Positions 1 to 10,315 are shown, counted from the stretch's first letter. The stretch is 64,000 nt of DNA from Candidatus Buchananbacteria bacterium (GCA_013359225.1 JABWCG010000002.1:49470-113469), one strand, 5' to 3'. Translations and numbers: made by a program. The notes: a model not told the origin generated them from the sequence alone.

Positions 1-4
1 CGCT

Positions 5-946
5 TTGGCCGAAAAAGCTTTGCGACCGATGATGCCTGATAAAGAGGTTTTCCCGTATACTATTCGCGTTGTTTCAGAAGTTTTGGGCTCAAACGGATCA
101 TCGTCAATGGGCTCAACTTGTGGTTCTAGTTTGGCATTAATGGATGCTGGGGTACCAATTAAAAAGCCGGTAGCCGGCATTGCGATGGGTGTTGCTTCTG
201 ACGAAGAGGCTGGTAAGTTTAAGGTATTGACCGATTTGCAGGATTTGGAAGACGGCGTGGGCGGTATGGACTTTAAGATTGCCGGTACTGCCGACGGCAT
301 TACTGCTATTCAGCTTGATACGAAAACTAAAGGTTTACCGCTTGAAGTTGTAAAACAAACTCTTACCCAAGGCTTAAAAGCACGCTTGGAAATCTTGCAG
401 GTAATGAATAAGGCCATTAGTGAACCGCGAACAGAGCTGTCAAAATATGCACCGCGCATTATCAGTTTCAAGATTGATCCGGAAAAGATCCGCGAAGTCA
501 TTGGTCCGGGCGGTAAGGTGATTAATAAGATTATTGAAGAAACTGGTGTTCAAATTGATATTGAACAGGATGGTACCGTGATGGTAACGGCCATTGCTGG
601 ATCGGATTCGGACAAAGCGGTTGAATGGATTAAGAATATTGTTAAAGAGGTTGAGGTTGGTGAAATTTACACCGGTAAAGTTTCACGCATTCTTGATTTT
701 GGCGCCCTGGTTGACATCTTGCCTGGTCAGGATGGCATGGTGCACATTTCTGAAATTGCGCACTACCGTGTTGGCAAGGTTAGCGATGAGTTAAAGATTG
801 GTGATGAGGTAAAAGTAAAAGTCATTGGCATTGATGAAAAGGGGAGAGTTAACCTTTCAATTAAAGCTTTGAAAGAGCGGCCCGAAGGACAAGAAGATAC
901 TCATCAGTCTCGCGATCACAAAAAACCGTTTCGCAAAAGATTTTAA
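5..946 (+). CDS. pnp: Polyribonucleotide nucleotidyltransferase, C-terminal part (gene begins before the window)
   Basis: RNase PH2 motif SNGSSSMGS and [11 protein letters not shown] domain (IGPGGKVI), S1 domain. Confidence 0.97.
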   Translation: MAEKALRPMMPDKEVFPYTIRVVSEVLGSNGSSSMGSTCGSSLALMDAGVPIKKPVAGIAMGVASDEEAGKFKVLTDLQDLEDGVGGMDFKIAGTADGITAIQLDTKTKGLPLEVVKQTLTQGLKARLEILQVMNKAISEPRTELSKYAPRIISFKIDPEKIREVIGPGGKVINKIIEETGVQIDIEQDGTVMVTAIAGSDSDKAVEWIKNIVKEVEVGEIYTGKVSRILDFGALVDILPGQDGMVHISEIAHYRVGKVSDELKIGDEVKVKVIGIDEKGRVNLSIKALKERPEGQEDTHQSRDHKKPFRKRF

Positions 947-962
947 GTAAAATCAAAACGTC

Positions 963-2381
963 ATGACAGACCCCTTCACTGATTATTCAGCCCCGCTTTC
1001 AGTGAACGAACATCGTTCACAAAAAAAGCATTGGTCTTGGTTGATTGGTGGAGGGGTTTTGTGTTTGGTTTTAGTGAGTTGCTTTTTCTGGTGGTGGTTA
1101 AAAAAAATAACTGTTGATCCATTTATAACATTGGCACCCATCGATTCAGTTTTTTATTTAACGGCTCGTGATTCTGTGATGCCGTGGGGAGCCGGCATCA
1201 CAGACATTCCAATCATTTCACTATTTTCTGATTTTAATTTGTTGGTTGATAAGTCAACAAGGGTATCGTATGTCTTAGTACCTAATTCATCAAATGGACT
1301 TGAACCAGTTTATTTTTTTCAGATTAATCATCTTACTGATTTAGAAAATGTCATTTCACAATTTCCGCATCATTATCAAGGCGACAATTATATAGTAATT
1401 GCCAAAAATCAGGAAACGCTTGATAAGATTCTTGAGGTGCAAAAAGCTAAAACCTTTTCTGCTTCAGTGGTAATTGAAAATCAATTTTCAAATCAGCAAG
1501 TTAGCTTTGTTTTGAGTAGCCATAATTTGAAACAGTATCTTAGTGCATATCCAGAATTACAGTATCGATTATTAGCAAAGTTAATCACAAAAGACATTGT
1601 CGGAGTTTTGAACCAAAAAAGTGATCAGTGGATTTTTGAAATTAAAAACAATATTGGCGGAACTTCAACTACGCCGATTATAACTTCTTTGCCCCAAGAC
1701 TTTAAGGTATTTTTTTCTGGGGTAAATCTTTTTGCGGTTTTTCAAAACTGGGGTGAGGCCGATTTGGGTATTGACGCTGCGTTTAAGCAGGTTGTGAATG
1801 GCTTGCTATCAGTTTATGATTTTGATGTGACTAGTTTGGTGACAAATATCATTAACCGTCCGGCAGATATTATTTTGTTTGATGCCGGCAGTAGCAACGT
1901 TTTTGGTTTTGATTTTATGATGGTGTTTGATTTAGTACCTGAAGCTGAATTGGCCGGGCTAGAAAAACTAGTTACAATTATTTTGGCTCAAAAATTTCCG
2001 CAAGAAGTCGTTCGAGTGTTGCCTGATCAGTCGGTTGTGACCGAATTAAAGGCTGAACCCGAATATTGGCAATGGCAAACTGAAGAAATCTCAACTAGTA
2101 GTGTTATCCATTACGTATCTGAACCAAGAGTTGATTTTAATTTTGCATACGCCGCGGTTGATGGTAAGGTTTTTGTTTCTAATTCGCCCGACCGCTTAAA
2201 ACAATTTATAAGCGGGCAACTATTGCCGCTTTCGGAACTGACAAATTGCGGAGTTGGTACTCATCAGGGTGGTTTGGCAGTTATTAATCGGGGTCAGAAA
2301 TTGTTTGATTACACGCTTGATCAGTATGTAGTGATGAACCAGTTAAATAGTCAGACAACAGTTGGCTGTTTTAGTTATTAA
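963..2381 (+). CDS. Hypothetical membrane-anchored protein
   Basis: 472 aa ORF with a single N-terminal TM helix; no recognised motif. Confidence 0.7.
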   Translation: MTDPFTDYSAPLSVNEHRSQKKHWSWLIGGGVLCLVLVSCFFWWWLKKITVDPFITLAPIDSVFYLTARDSVMPWGAGITDIPIISLFSDFNLLVDKSTRVSYVLVPNSSNGLEPVYFFQINHLTDLENVISQFPHHYQGDNYIVIAKNQETLDKILEVQKAKTFSASVVIENQFSNQQVSFVLSSHNLKQYLSAYPELQYRLLAKLITKDIVGVLNQKSDQWIFEIKNNIGGTSTTPIITSLPQDFKVFFSGVNLFAVFQNWGEADLGIDAAFKQVVNGLLSVYDFDVTSLVTNIINRPADIILFDAGSSNVFGFDFMMVFDLVPEAELAGLEKLVTIILAQKFPQEVVRVLPDQSVVTELKAEPEYWQWQTEEISTSSVIHYVSEPRVDFNFAYAAVDGKVFVSNSPDRLKQFISGQLLPLSELTNCGVGTHQGGLAVINRGQKLFDYTLDQYVVMNQLNSQTTVGCFSY

Positions 2382-2500
2382 CAGTGGGGTGTGGATAAAA
2401 TGTTAATAACAAAAAGTTAAATAAACAATATTATTTTTGGTTTGTAAAGGAAAGAATATTGCTAATTTAAAGCAATATTTTTATTTTTAGTCAAAAAAGA

Positions 2501-2529
2501 TTGACAAAGTGGTTTATCCGTGATATACT
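2501..2529 (+). promoter_or_regulatory. Sigma70-type promoter with no ORF downstream
   Basis: TTGACA(2501)-17 bp-TATACT(2524) with extended -10 TG. Confidence 0.8.
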
Positions 2530-2535
2530 AATTAT

Positions 2536-2917
2536 GTAAGTTGATTCAAGCCGCTATACATTGAAAACTTTAAAAAAGTTTCCCCAAAAAAGTATTTGGA
2601 GAAATTTTTTTCTTCTCTACTACTCTTCAACAAAGGGAGTGTAAATCTGACTACATTCCACAAAAACAAAAAGCAAAAATAGCGGTTGAAAGGACCCAAC
2701 AAAGAGAGTCCTAACCAAAGAGAGGTAGAGGAGCGCTTCAGTCAGTAGAAGCTATATTACCACTTAGTGGTTGATGCTTGTGCATTCAGTGGATAGAAAA
2801 TCAGATTAACTTGGTTTTCTGCCCACTGAGTGCTCATGCGACCGCTTAAGTGTTTCTAAGGCGCGGTCGCCATTTAACAATGTTATCATTGGGCGCTCTC
2901 CGCGCCTTCTTTTTTTT
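2536..2917 (+). ncRNA. Putative structured non-coding RNA of unknown class
   Basis: Several long stems with G-U pairs (2782-2833, 2838-2870, 2730-2742/2888-2899, 2545-2557/2679-2690); consensus promoter upstream; U-run at the end; no credible ORF. Confidence 0.55.
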
Positions 2918-2977
2918 GTTTGAGAGTCAATATTGACATCATTAGGCGTTGGGCTTATCATTAATATAATAAAATAT

Positions 2978-3349
2978 ATGGATTCAAAAACCATTGAGAC
3001 AATTAAGAATAATCTTGAGGCAGAAAAAAAGCGTTTGGAAATGGCGCTGGGAGATTTTGCGACTAAAGATGAAAGCCTGCCGGGAAACTATCGGTCTGAT
3101 TTTCCTGAATATGGAAATGATGAAGATGAAAATGCAAATGAGGTTGCAGAGTATAGTGACCGATTAAGTATTGAACACACATTGGAAACGCAGCTTCGTG
3201 ATGTTAAAAAAGCTCTAGACAGTATTGCTAAGGGTGGATATGGTGTTTGCAAGCACTGTGGTAAACCGATTGAAGAGCAGCGTTTGTTAATCCGCCCGAC
3301 GTCCACGTCGTGTGTTGAATGTAAAAAGAAATTAAAGGGCGAAGCGTAG
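2978..3349 (+). CDS. TraR/DksA C4-type zinc finger protein
   Basis: YGVCKHCGKPIEEQRL...CVEC; ATG at 2978 follows its own TTGACA(2933) promoter. Confidence 0.9.
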   Translation: MDSKTIETIKNNLEAEKKRLEMALGDFATKDESLPGNYRSDFPEYGNDEDENANEVAEYSDRLSIEHTLETQLRDVKKALDSIAKGGYGVCKHCGKPIEEQRLLIRPTSTSCVECKKKLKGEA

Positions 3350-3808
3350 ATGTTTAAAAAATTATTTCCTTGGCTTGTTGTTGCTTTGATTTTATTTCTG
3401 GTTGATCGGTGGTTAAAGTATTGGTTTATCAAAAACCCTTCTGAAATTATCGGTGAGGGTTTTTTTGATGGTGTTAGTTTTAGCTTGGCGAAAAATGCCG
3501 GTATCGCGTTTGGTTTTGGCTTTAATCGTGTGGCTTTAATCGTAATAACAATTATTTTGATTCTGATTATGTTTCGATTGTTGATTAAATCGTTTCTGGA
3601 ACAGGAATTAACGCAAGTTGTTAGTTTCATCTTAATTATTGTAGGCGCGTTTTCTAATTTGTTTGATCGTATGCGGTTTGGGTTTGTGGTTGATTATATT
3701 GATGTTGCCTGGTTTACCGTTTTTAATCTTGCTGATGCTGCAATTACCATTGGCGTTGCCGTTCTGGTCATTGTTTCTTTTTTACATGCCAAGGCTGGAC
3801 AAAACTAA
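3350..3808 (+). CDS. lspA: Signal peptidase II
   Basis: NAGIAFG, GAFSNLFDR, VVDYI and FNLADAAI motifs. Confidence 0.95.
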   Translation: MFKKLFPWLVVALILFLVDRWLKYWFIKNPSEIIGEGFFDGVSFSLAKNAGIAFGFGFNRVALIVITIILILIMFRLLIKSFLEQELTQVVSFILIIVGAFSNLFDRMRFGFVVDYIDVAWFTVFNLADAAITIGVAVLVIVSFLHAKAGQN

Positions 3809-3884
3809 AAAAATTTTTTAAACTGGTGTAAGACAAGTAAATAACCAATCAACATAGCGCACCTAATTATTGAGGTGTGTTTTT

Positions 3885-5402
3885 ATGTCCGCCAAAGTTT
3901 ATTCCGCCGCTGTTCTCGGTTTGAATTGTGAACTGGTTGAAGTTGAAGCTGATTTAAGCCCGGCGTTGCCCGGTATTTTTGTAGTCGGTTTGCCCGATAA
4001 GGCGGTTGATGAATCGCGTGAGCGGGTCAGATCCGCAATTAAAAATTCCAGTTTGTTGATGCCACGCGGTAAAGTGACAATTAATCTCGCTCCGGCTGAC
4101 TTGAAAAAAGAAGGTCCGTCGTATGATCTGCCGATCGCCGTAAGTATTTTATTGGCGTCAAATCAAATTAAATTGGACGAAGCCCAGCAGAAACTGTTTG
4201 TCGGTGAGCTAGCCTTGGACGGCAACTTGCGGCCAATTAACGGAGTTTTGGCGATTTGTCTTTTTGCAAAAAAGCATGCCATTAAAGAGATATATTTACC
4301 AGCCGCTAATGTTAAAGAGGCAAGCCTAGTATCGGGGTTGAATTTATATGGTTGTCAGAGTTTGAAACAGTTAGTGAACCATTTTCGTCGAGAGGAAACG
4401 ATTAAACAGTATATTGCTGGTGCGTCCTCATCTCCGGAGTTACACAATTCATCCTATGATATGGCGTACGTTAAGGGCCAACAACACGTTAAGCGCGCTT
4501 TAGAGATTGCGGCTGCTGGCGGCCACAATATTCTTATGAGCGGCCCGCCTGGTTCTGGCAAGACGCTTTTAGCAAAGAGTATGACAACAATTTTGCCGGC
4601 GATGACTAAAGATGAAGCCTTAGACGTAACTATGATTTACAGTGTGGCCGGGTTATTGTCACCCGCCACCCCATTGGTGACTATTCGGCCGTTTCGTAGT
4701 CCGCATCATACAGCTTCCGGCGTGGCACTGGTGGGCGGCGGCACTTGGCCGCGGCCGGGTGAAATATCATTAGCACATCGCGGAGTGTTGTTTCTGGATG
4801 AATTTCCCGAATTCTCACGAAGCGTGTTGGAAAATTTGCGCCAGCCGCTAGAGGATGGCGTGATTTCAGTTTCACGAGCCGCCGGGACACTGCAGTTTCC
4901 GGCTCAGTTTATGCTGGTTGCGGCGATGAATCCTTGTCCGTGCGGCTATTTAAATGACCCTGAACATCAGTGTATTTGTTCGCCGTCGCAGATTATCAAT
5001 TATCAAAAAAAGATTTCCGGCCCGCTGCTTGACCGTATTGATTTGCACGTTGAGGTACCAAAAGTAAAATTTGATAAATTGACTCAAAATGTTTTATCAG
5101 AACCTTCTTCGGCGATTCGTCAGCGGGTTGAAGCGGCACGGCGCGTGGCACAACAACGGTTTAAAGATATGGCGATTATTACGAACGCTGAAATGAGTTC
5201 ACGCCTGGCAAAAGAATTTTGCACGGTTGATGATGAGACGCTAAATTTGTTGCGCCAGGCAGTCGATCAGCTTAGCCTGTCAACCCGATCATATTTTCGG
5301 ATTCTTAAATTGTCGCGCACTATTGCCGATTTGGCTGGTGAAAAAGATATTAAATTAGAACATGTAGCTGAGGCATTACAATATCGGCCAAAGATTGAAT
5401 AG
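3885..5402 (+). CDS. comM: YifB/ComM Mg-chelatase-like AAA+ ATPase
   Basis: VGLPDKAVDESRERV, GPPGSGKT, PFRSPHH, LFLDEFPEF, NPCPCG. Confidence 0.93.
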   Translation: MSAKVYSAAVLGLNCELVEVEADLSPALPGIFVVGLPDKAVDESRERVRSAIKNSSLLMPRGKVTINLAPADLKKEGPSYDLPIAVSILLASNQIKLDEAQQKLFVGELALDGNLRPINGVLAICLFAKKHAIKEIYLPAANVKEASLVSGLNLYGCQSLKQLVNHFRREETIKQYIAGASSSPELHNSSYDMAYVKGQQHVKRALEIAAAGGHNILMSGPPGSGKTLLAKSMTTILPAMTKDEALDVTMIYSVAGLLSPATPLVTIRPFRSPHHTASGVALVGGGTWPRPGEISLAHRGVLFLDEFPEFSRSVLENLRQPLEDGVISVSRAAGTLQFPAQFMLVAAMNPCPCGYLNDPEHQCICSPSQIINYQKKISGPLLDRIDLHVEVPKVKFDKLTQNVLSEPSSAIRQRVEAARRVAQQRFKDMAIITNAEMSSRLAKEFCTVDDETLNLLRQAVDQLSLSTRSYFRILKLSRTIADLAGEKDIKLEHVAEALQYRPKIE

Positions 5403-5491
5403 ATTGACAGAAAATCCATAGTGTATTACATTTTTTGTTACATTGATGTTTTGGTGTTCTTTTTCGCTGCAACCCTGAAAGGATTGGTGCC

Positions 5492-5809
5492 ATGCCTAAG
5501 AAAACGGTATGCGAGTGGTTTATCAAGCCGCTTGACGATTTTACCAACGAAGCCATTGCCCGCCTGATGGCTGATCGCTGTGAGTCAGACGTCAGCAGCT
5601 TGAATTTTTCCTTGGTGGATAATCAAGGCGAAAGCCATGATGTGTGGAGCGTTGACTATCCTGTGGTGGCAACGTTTCAAAGATCAAAACAACCAGTCCG
5701 GTTTAAGGTTTTTACCCGCGAGGGCAGATCCTCTCCGCTCCGGCCGTGGAAGTTTGGCGTTCGTCGTCGGCAGGTGAAGCCAAAAGTCCATAAGAGGGCT
5801 GTGTCGTGA
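5492..5809 (+). CDS. Hypothetical protein
   Basis: 105 aa ORF with an upstream TTGACA promoter (~5404) and a downstream hairpin. Confidence 0.6.
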   Translation: MPKKTVCEWFIKPLDDFTNEAIARLMADRCESDVSSLNFSLVDNQGESHDVWSVDYPVVATFQRSKQPVRFKVFTREGRSSPLRPWKFGVRRRQVKPKVHKRAVS

Positions 5810-5939
5810 GACGCGACGATGTTGCCGTTATGGCTCGTCTTCCCATTCAAGTTTGAATGGGTTTTTCTTTATTTGGGCTTTGGCTAGACTTATTGGGATA
5901 AAAGTATTATTATAACAATGCTTTATTAATATTTTGATC

Positions 5940-6488
5940 ATGAAAAATAATTTAAAGATAGCCCTTGGGGGCATTGGCGAAGTGTTTACCAAGCCTTTAT
6001 ATTTGCTATTAGCTGCTGGTATTACTCTGATATTATTTTTAGCCGGGATGTGGTTTAATAATTATGGTCTTCTTGGGCAAATTTTGTTCTCCGGAACCTA
6101 CGGAGCTACTGCTAAACTGAAAATATTCTTTAGCTCTTTTCAGATTTTATTGACTAATTATGATATTATTGATCAGTTTTTAATTGTTTTACTGTCTTTA
6201 TTAATAGGAATAAATGTTTCGTTGCAGGCGTATTATTTTAGGAAGCGTGCAACGTTACAAAAAATCGCTGGGGGCAGTTTGCTGGGGGCAGTGCTTGGGT
6301 TTTTGGGTGTCGGATGCGCGTCGTGTGGTTCAATTGTTGTTACGTCGTTATTCGGTTTTTCGGCATCAGCCGGCTTTTTGGGGGTGTTGCCCTTTGGTGG
6401 GCTGGAGTTTGGGATCGTTGGATTTTTGATTTTACTCATTTCTACGTACTTAATAGCTAAAAAAATCAACTCGCCGTTGATTTGCTGA
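5940..6488 (+). CDS. Membrane protein with GCxxCG motif
   Basis: About 4 TM helices; GVGCASCG. Confidence 0.7.
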   Translation: MKNNLKIALGGIGEVFTKPLYLLLAAGITLILFLAGMWFNNYGLLGQILFSGTYGATAKLKIFFSSFQILLTNYDIIDQFLIVLLSLLIGINVSLQAYYFRKRATLQKIAGGSLLGAVLGFLGVGCASCGSIVVTSLFGFSASAGFLGVLPFGGLEFGIVGFLILLISTYLIAKKINSPLIC

Positions 6489-6497
6489 TAAAATCTT

Positions 6498-7733
6498 ATG
6501 TTTAAAAAATTTTTATTTATCGTTTCGCTTGTAGTTATTGCAACGCTTGGTATTTTACCAACAATGCTATCCGCTCAAGTTCAACCTGTAGACAAGGTGA
6601 CCATTGAAGTCTTTGAACGGTTGGAATGTACGCATTGCCAGAACGAAAAAGCATTTTTGACCGATCTAGCTTCGCGCCGCGACGATTTTGTTGTTAATTT
6701 TTATGACATCGCCGAAACTCAAAATCGTGATAATTGGGTTAGACTTGCCGAGTTAAAGGGTTTACCGAAAGTAACGCCAATTACCATTATTGGTACTACT
6801 GTTATTCAGGGTTTTGACCAGCCTGAAACAACCGGACGCTATTTTGAACAGTTGATTGATGATAATAAGACGAAGCCGCGTCTTACTTTAGAAGAATTTT
6901 TAAATCAAGGTGCATCGGGGGAAGTGCAGAAAGCCAATGAGGGGTGCGACGAACACTCGGACACTTGCAGCATCGGCTCTAGTGCCGTGCCTCTTTTTGT
7001 GAGCTTGCCGTTTATCGGCCCTATTGATGTTGAAGGTTTTTCGCTCGGCGGCCTCTCGATGGTGTTGGGGTTTGTTGACGGGTTTAATCCATGTGCCATG
7101 TGGGTTTTGGTTACTTTTTTGATTGTGCTAGCACAGGTTGGTGATCGCCGTCGGATGTGGCAAGTTGCCGGGCTGTTTATTGTGGCTGAAGCAATCATGT
7201 ATTATTTGATATTAAATGTTTGGTTTACGGCTTGGGATTTTGTCGGTCTGGACGGTGTTATTACTCCACTCGTTGGTTTGGTTGCGATTGGCGGAGGTAT
7301 TTTCTTTTTGTATGAATGGCGTAAATCTGACGGAACTTGCAAGGTAACTAACTACGAGCAGCGTTCCAAGACCTCGCGAAAAATCCGTGATTTGGTTTCG
7401 CAACCGTTTACTATTTTGACTGTTGTGGGCGTTATTGCTTTGGCATTTTCAGTTAATATTATTGAATTTGCCTGTTCAATTGGCATTCCTCAGGCATATA
7501 CCAAAATTATTGAGCTTAACAATCCCGGATTTTGGCTGACGCAGTGGTTTATGGGGCTCTACATTTTGTTTTATATGGTTGATGATTTAATTGTTTTTGG
7601 TATTGCGTTGTACAGCTTTGAAAAAATTGGACTTACGACTAAATATTCCAAATGGTCTAATCTAGTTGGCGGTATATTGATGATCATGTTGGGGTTGATT
7701 TTGATATTTAAGCGCAGCTGGCTGGTTTTTTAG
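6498..7733 (+). CDS. Glutaredoxin-like domain fused to a DsbD/CcdA-like TM domain
   Basis: CTHC, GFVDGFNPCAMWVL, EFACSIGIP; multiple TM helices. Confidence 0.8.
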   Translation: MFKKFLFIVSLVVIATLGILPTMLSAQVQPVDKVTIEVFERLECTHCQNEKAFLTDLASRRDDFVVNFYDIAETQNRDNWVRLAELKGLPKVTPITIIGTTVIQGFDQPETTGRYFEQLIDDNKTKPRLTLEEFLNQGASGEVQKANEGCDEHSDTCSIGSSAVPLFVSLPFIGPIDVEGFSLGGLSMVLGFVDGFNPCAMWVLVTFLIVLAQVGDRRRMWQVAGLFIVAEAIMYYLILNVWFTAWDFVGLDGVITPLVGLVAIGGGIFFLYEWRKSDGTCKVTNYEQRSKTSRKIRDLVSQPFTILTVVGVIALAFSVNIIEFACSIGIPQAYTKIIELNNPGFWLTQWFMGLYILFYMVDDLIVFGIALYSFEKIGLTTKYSKWSNLVGGILMIMLGLILIFKRSWLVF

Positions 7734-7743
7734 TTAAGCAATC

Positions 7744-7778
7744 AAAAAAACACCCGGAAATAAACCGGGTGTTTTTTT
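7744..7778. terminator. Bidirectional intrinsic terminator
   Basis: A7-CACCCGG-loop-CCGGGTG-T7 between convergent genes. Confidence 0.85.
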
Positions 7779-7784
7779 ATTTTG

Positions 7785-9026
7785 TTACTGAACGTAGTAG
7801 AGCGGATTTTTTCTGGCGCCGCCAACCCGAACCTCAAAGTGATTATGTGGTCCAGTGGATCGTCCAGTTGAACCTTCAGCTGCAATAACATCTCCCTTAC
7901 TGACGGCGTCACCAACCTTAACATACAGTTTGCTTAAATGGCCATAGAGTGTTTGAGTGCCATTACCATGGTCAATAATAATATAAGTTCCGTAGCCACC
8001 ATTCCAGCCGCTCTGGGCGGTGATTACCTTTCCAGAGTCAGCGGCATAAATGTCAGACCCAAGCGGACAGGCAATGTCGACGCCAGAGTGACGTAGACGG
8101 AAGTATTGGGTAATGCGGCGGCAGGTTGAGGGCCACTGCATTTTGCCGGTGGCAACTACCTTTGGTTGGCTAGTGGCAGGTGTTGGTGCGGTAAAACTGC
8201 GGAATGTGTACGTTGGAGCAGTTTCAATTTTTTTGCCGCCAGGAATCATTAGTTGTTCGCCAACTGTTAGATCATCAGCGGAAGCTAATTTATTGAATTC
8301 AATAATATCGTCGGACTCTACACCGTACGTTTTGGCAATTTTTGCCAGCGTGTCGCCTCTGGCGACTTTGTGTCGAATGCCCGCGGTCGGCAAAATGGTT
8401 AATTTGTCGCCAGGACGGATTAGGCTGTAGGCAGTAAGATTATTTTCCCACAAAATGGTACTGGCCGTGATGCCGAACTTTTCGGCAATTTCTGAAATAG
8501 TATCTCCTTGTTGAATAGTGTAATAGACAATTTTATCACGTTGGCGAAGTTCTTGTTCGAGCGGAGACAAAATTGGGCTGATGACAGCGCTGTCGCCGGC
8601 AACAGTCGGCGGCAATACATCGTCGGCTGAGCCGTTATCTGCGAGGGTTGGTGAAGCTTCAACGCCGGTTTCACCAAGATAGCGAGTGACTTTGCCGCTG
8701 GTAACTAGCGGTCCTTCTTCTTCAACAATGCCCAGGTCCTGGTCGCTGACTAATTGAGCAACGATGCTAGTCTGGCCGTATTCGGACCGACGGGTTTCAT
8801 AGGCATTAAGGTTGGCGGCGAGCGTTAAGATGGAAATGACAATGATAATTGTATGGGTGAGATATCGTCGTGAAAACGGATGAATGAGGTGATGTCTGAT
8901 TTTTTGCGGAGCGTAAAATTTATTAAAAATTTTTTTAAATACGGAATAGATTTTGTAAACCGGTAAAATCAGCTTTAAGAAGAAAAACCGCCCAATGGTT
9001 CCAAGCGGTTTGGCAAGCCGGCGCAA
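7785..9026 (-). CDS. LysM (x2) plus M23 peptidase; start codon uncertain
   Basis: Two LysM repeats (QGDTISEIAEKFG, RGDTLAKIAKTYG); M23 motifs HSGVD, YGH, STGPHNHFEV. Confidence 0.92.
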   Translation of the reverse strand: MRRLAKPLGTIGRFFFLKLILPVYKIYSVFKKIFNKFYAPQKIRHHLIHPFSRRYLTHTIIIVISILTLAANLNAYETRRSEYGQTSIVAQLVSDQDLGIVEEEGPLVTSGKVTRYLGETGVEASPTLADNGSADDVLPPTVAGDSAVISPILSPLEQELRQRDKIVYYTIQQGDTISEIAEKFGITASTILWENNLTAYSLIRPGDKLTILPTAGIRHKVARGDTLAKIAKTYGVESDDIIEFNKLASADDLTVGEQLMIPGGKKIETAPTYTFRSFTAPTPATSQPKVVATGKMQWPSTCRRITQYFRLRHSGVDIACPLGSDIYAADSGKVITAQSGWNGGYGTYIIIDHGNGTQTLYGHLSKLYVKVGDAVSKGDVIAAEGSTGRSTGPHNHFEVRVGGARKNPLYYVQ

Positions 9027-9259
9027 AAATCGGGGAGATTTTTCTTTGATCGCCGCCAGGGTTCGGACGCTGCTGGCTAAGGCTTTGATTGCAATAATTT
9101 TTAACTTATCGCCGATATAGTTAGTTGTTAATTTTAAGCAAAAATTTAAACAAATAACATATATATAAATACCATATTAACCATCTCAATGTCAATTGAT
9201 AAAGTGGGGTAATTGTGGTAAATTGAGAGTGTTAAAATTAAAAAAATTAAAGTAAATTT

Positions 9260-10315
9260 ATGAGTTCGGTTTTAATTTTGGTAATCATTTTAGTAATAGT
9301 AGTTTTGGGATTTTTAATAGCCTTTTTTATGCTGAGCCGTAAAATTGCCGACTTGACCGGTTCTCAGAAGTCAGACCAGTCTTTGTTAATGTTACAAAAT
9401 CAAATTAACGAAATTACTAAAACGCTGGATAATAAACTTGGTCAGTCAACGGAAGTATTACAGCGGCAATTTAGTGATAATTTGAGTATTGTTCGTAGTG
9501 TGGCGCAGGAGTTAACCAGTTTGCGTGAAACCAACAGACAGGTTCTGGGAGTGCAGGACCAAATTCAAAAATTAGAAAAAGTGTTGACCAGTCAGAAACT
9601 GCGAGGCAATCTTGGTGAGGCGGGTTTACAGCTGGTGTTGGAAAATATCTTACCGCCGACCGCATACAAAATGCAGTATAAATTTGATGACGGTGACCAG
9701 GTTGATGCCGCCATTTTTACCAAAGACGGCATTATCCCGGTTGATGCTAAGTTTTCTTTGGAAAACTATAACCGTATTATTGACGAGGTAAACGAAGATC
9801 GGCGGCTTAAGCTGGAAAATGAATTTAAAAAGGATCTGCAAAAACGCATTGATGAAACCAGTAAATATATTAAACCGGGTTTGGGTACGCTGGATTTTGC
9901 GTTTATGTTTATTCCGGCTGAAGCAATTTTTTATGATTTGTTGGTAAACGAAATTGGTGCCGTAAAGATTAATACTCGTAATCTTATTGATTATGCTTTT
10001 AAAGAGCGACGGGTGATTATTGTGTCGCCGACCACGTTTGCGGCATATTTGCAAACAGTGTTGCAGGGGTTAAATGCTTTGAAGCTGGAACAGCAGACTA
10101 AAGAAATTATTAAACGTGTTGAAATGTTGGGCCGACACATGAATAGCTACGGCGTTTTTTTAGATAAACTTGGTAACAGTATAACTACTTCGGTTAATAT
10201 GTATAACACTGCCGCCAAAGAATTTAAAAAGATTGATAAGGATGTGGTAAAAATTTCTGGCGGCAGCAGTACGTTTGATCCGCTGCAATTAGATAAACCG
10301 TCTAATGACAAATAG
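9260..10315 (+). CDS. rmuC: DNA recombination protein RmuC
   Basis: RGNLGE, VDAKFS, FAFMFIPAEAIF, IVSPTT; N-terminal TM and coiled coil. Confidence 0.92.
   Translation: MSSVLILVIILVIVVLGFLIAFFMLSRKIADLTGSQKSDQSLLMLQNQINEITKTLDNKLGQSTEVLQRQFSDNLSIVRSVAQELTSLRETNRQVLGVQDQIQKLEKVLTSQKLRGNLGEAGLQLVLENILPPTAYKMQYKFDDGDQVDAAIFTKDGIIPVDAKFSLENYNRIIDEVNEDRRLKLENEFKKDLQKRIDETSKYIKPGLGTLDFAFMFIPAEAIFYDLLVNEIGAVKINTRNLIDYAFKERRVIIVSPTTFAAYLQTVLQGLNALKLEQQTKEIIKRVEMLGRHMNSYGVFLDKLGNSITTSVNMYNTAAKEFKKIDKDVVKISGGSSTFDPLQLDKPSNDK

Noticed and set aside
2721-2910. Lysine riboswitch (GGTAGAGGAGCG resembles its 5' motif)
   Set aside because: The other conserved elements are not evident, no lysine gene follows, and the downstream gene has its own promoter.
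2536-2917. RNase P RNA
   Set aside because: No GAGGAAAGTCC or matching 3' P4 consensus seen on either strand.
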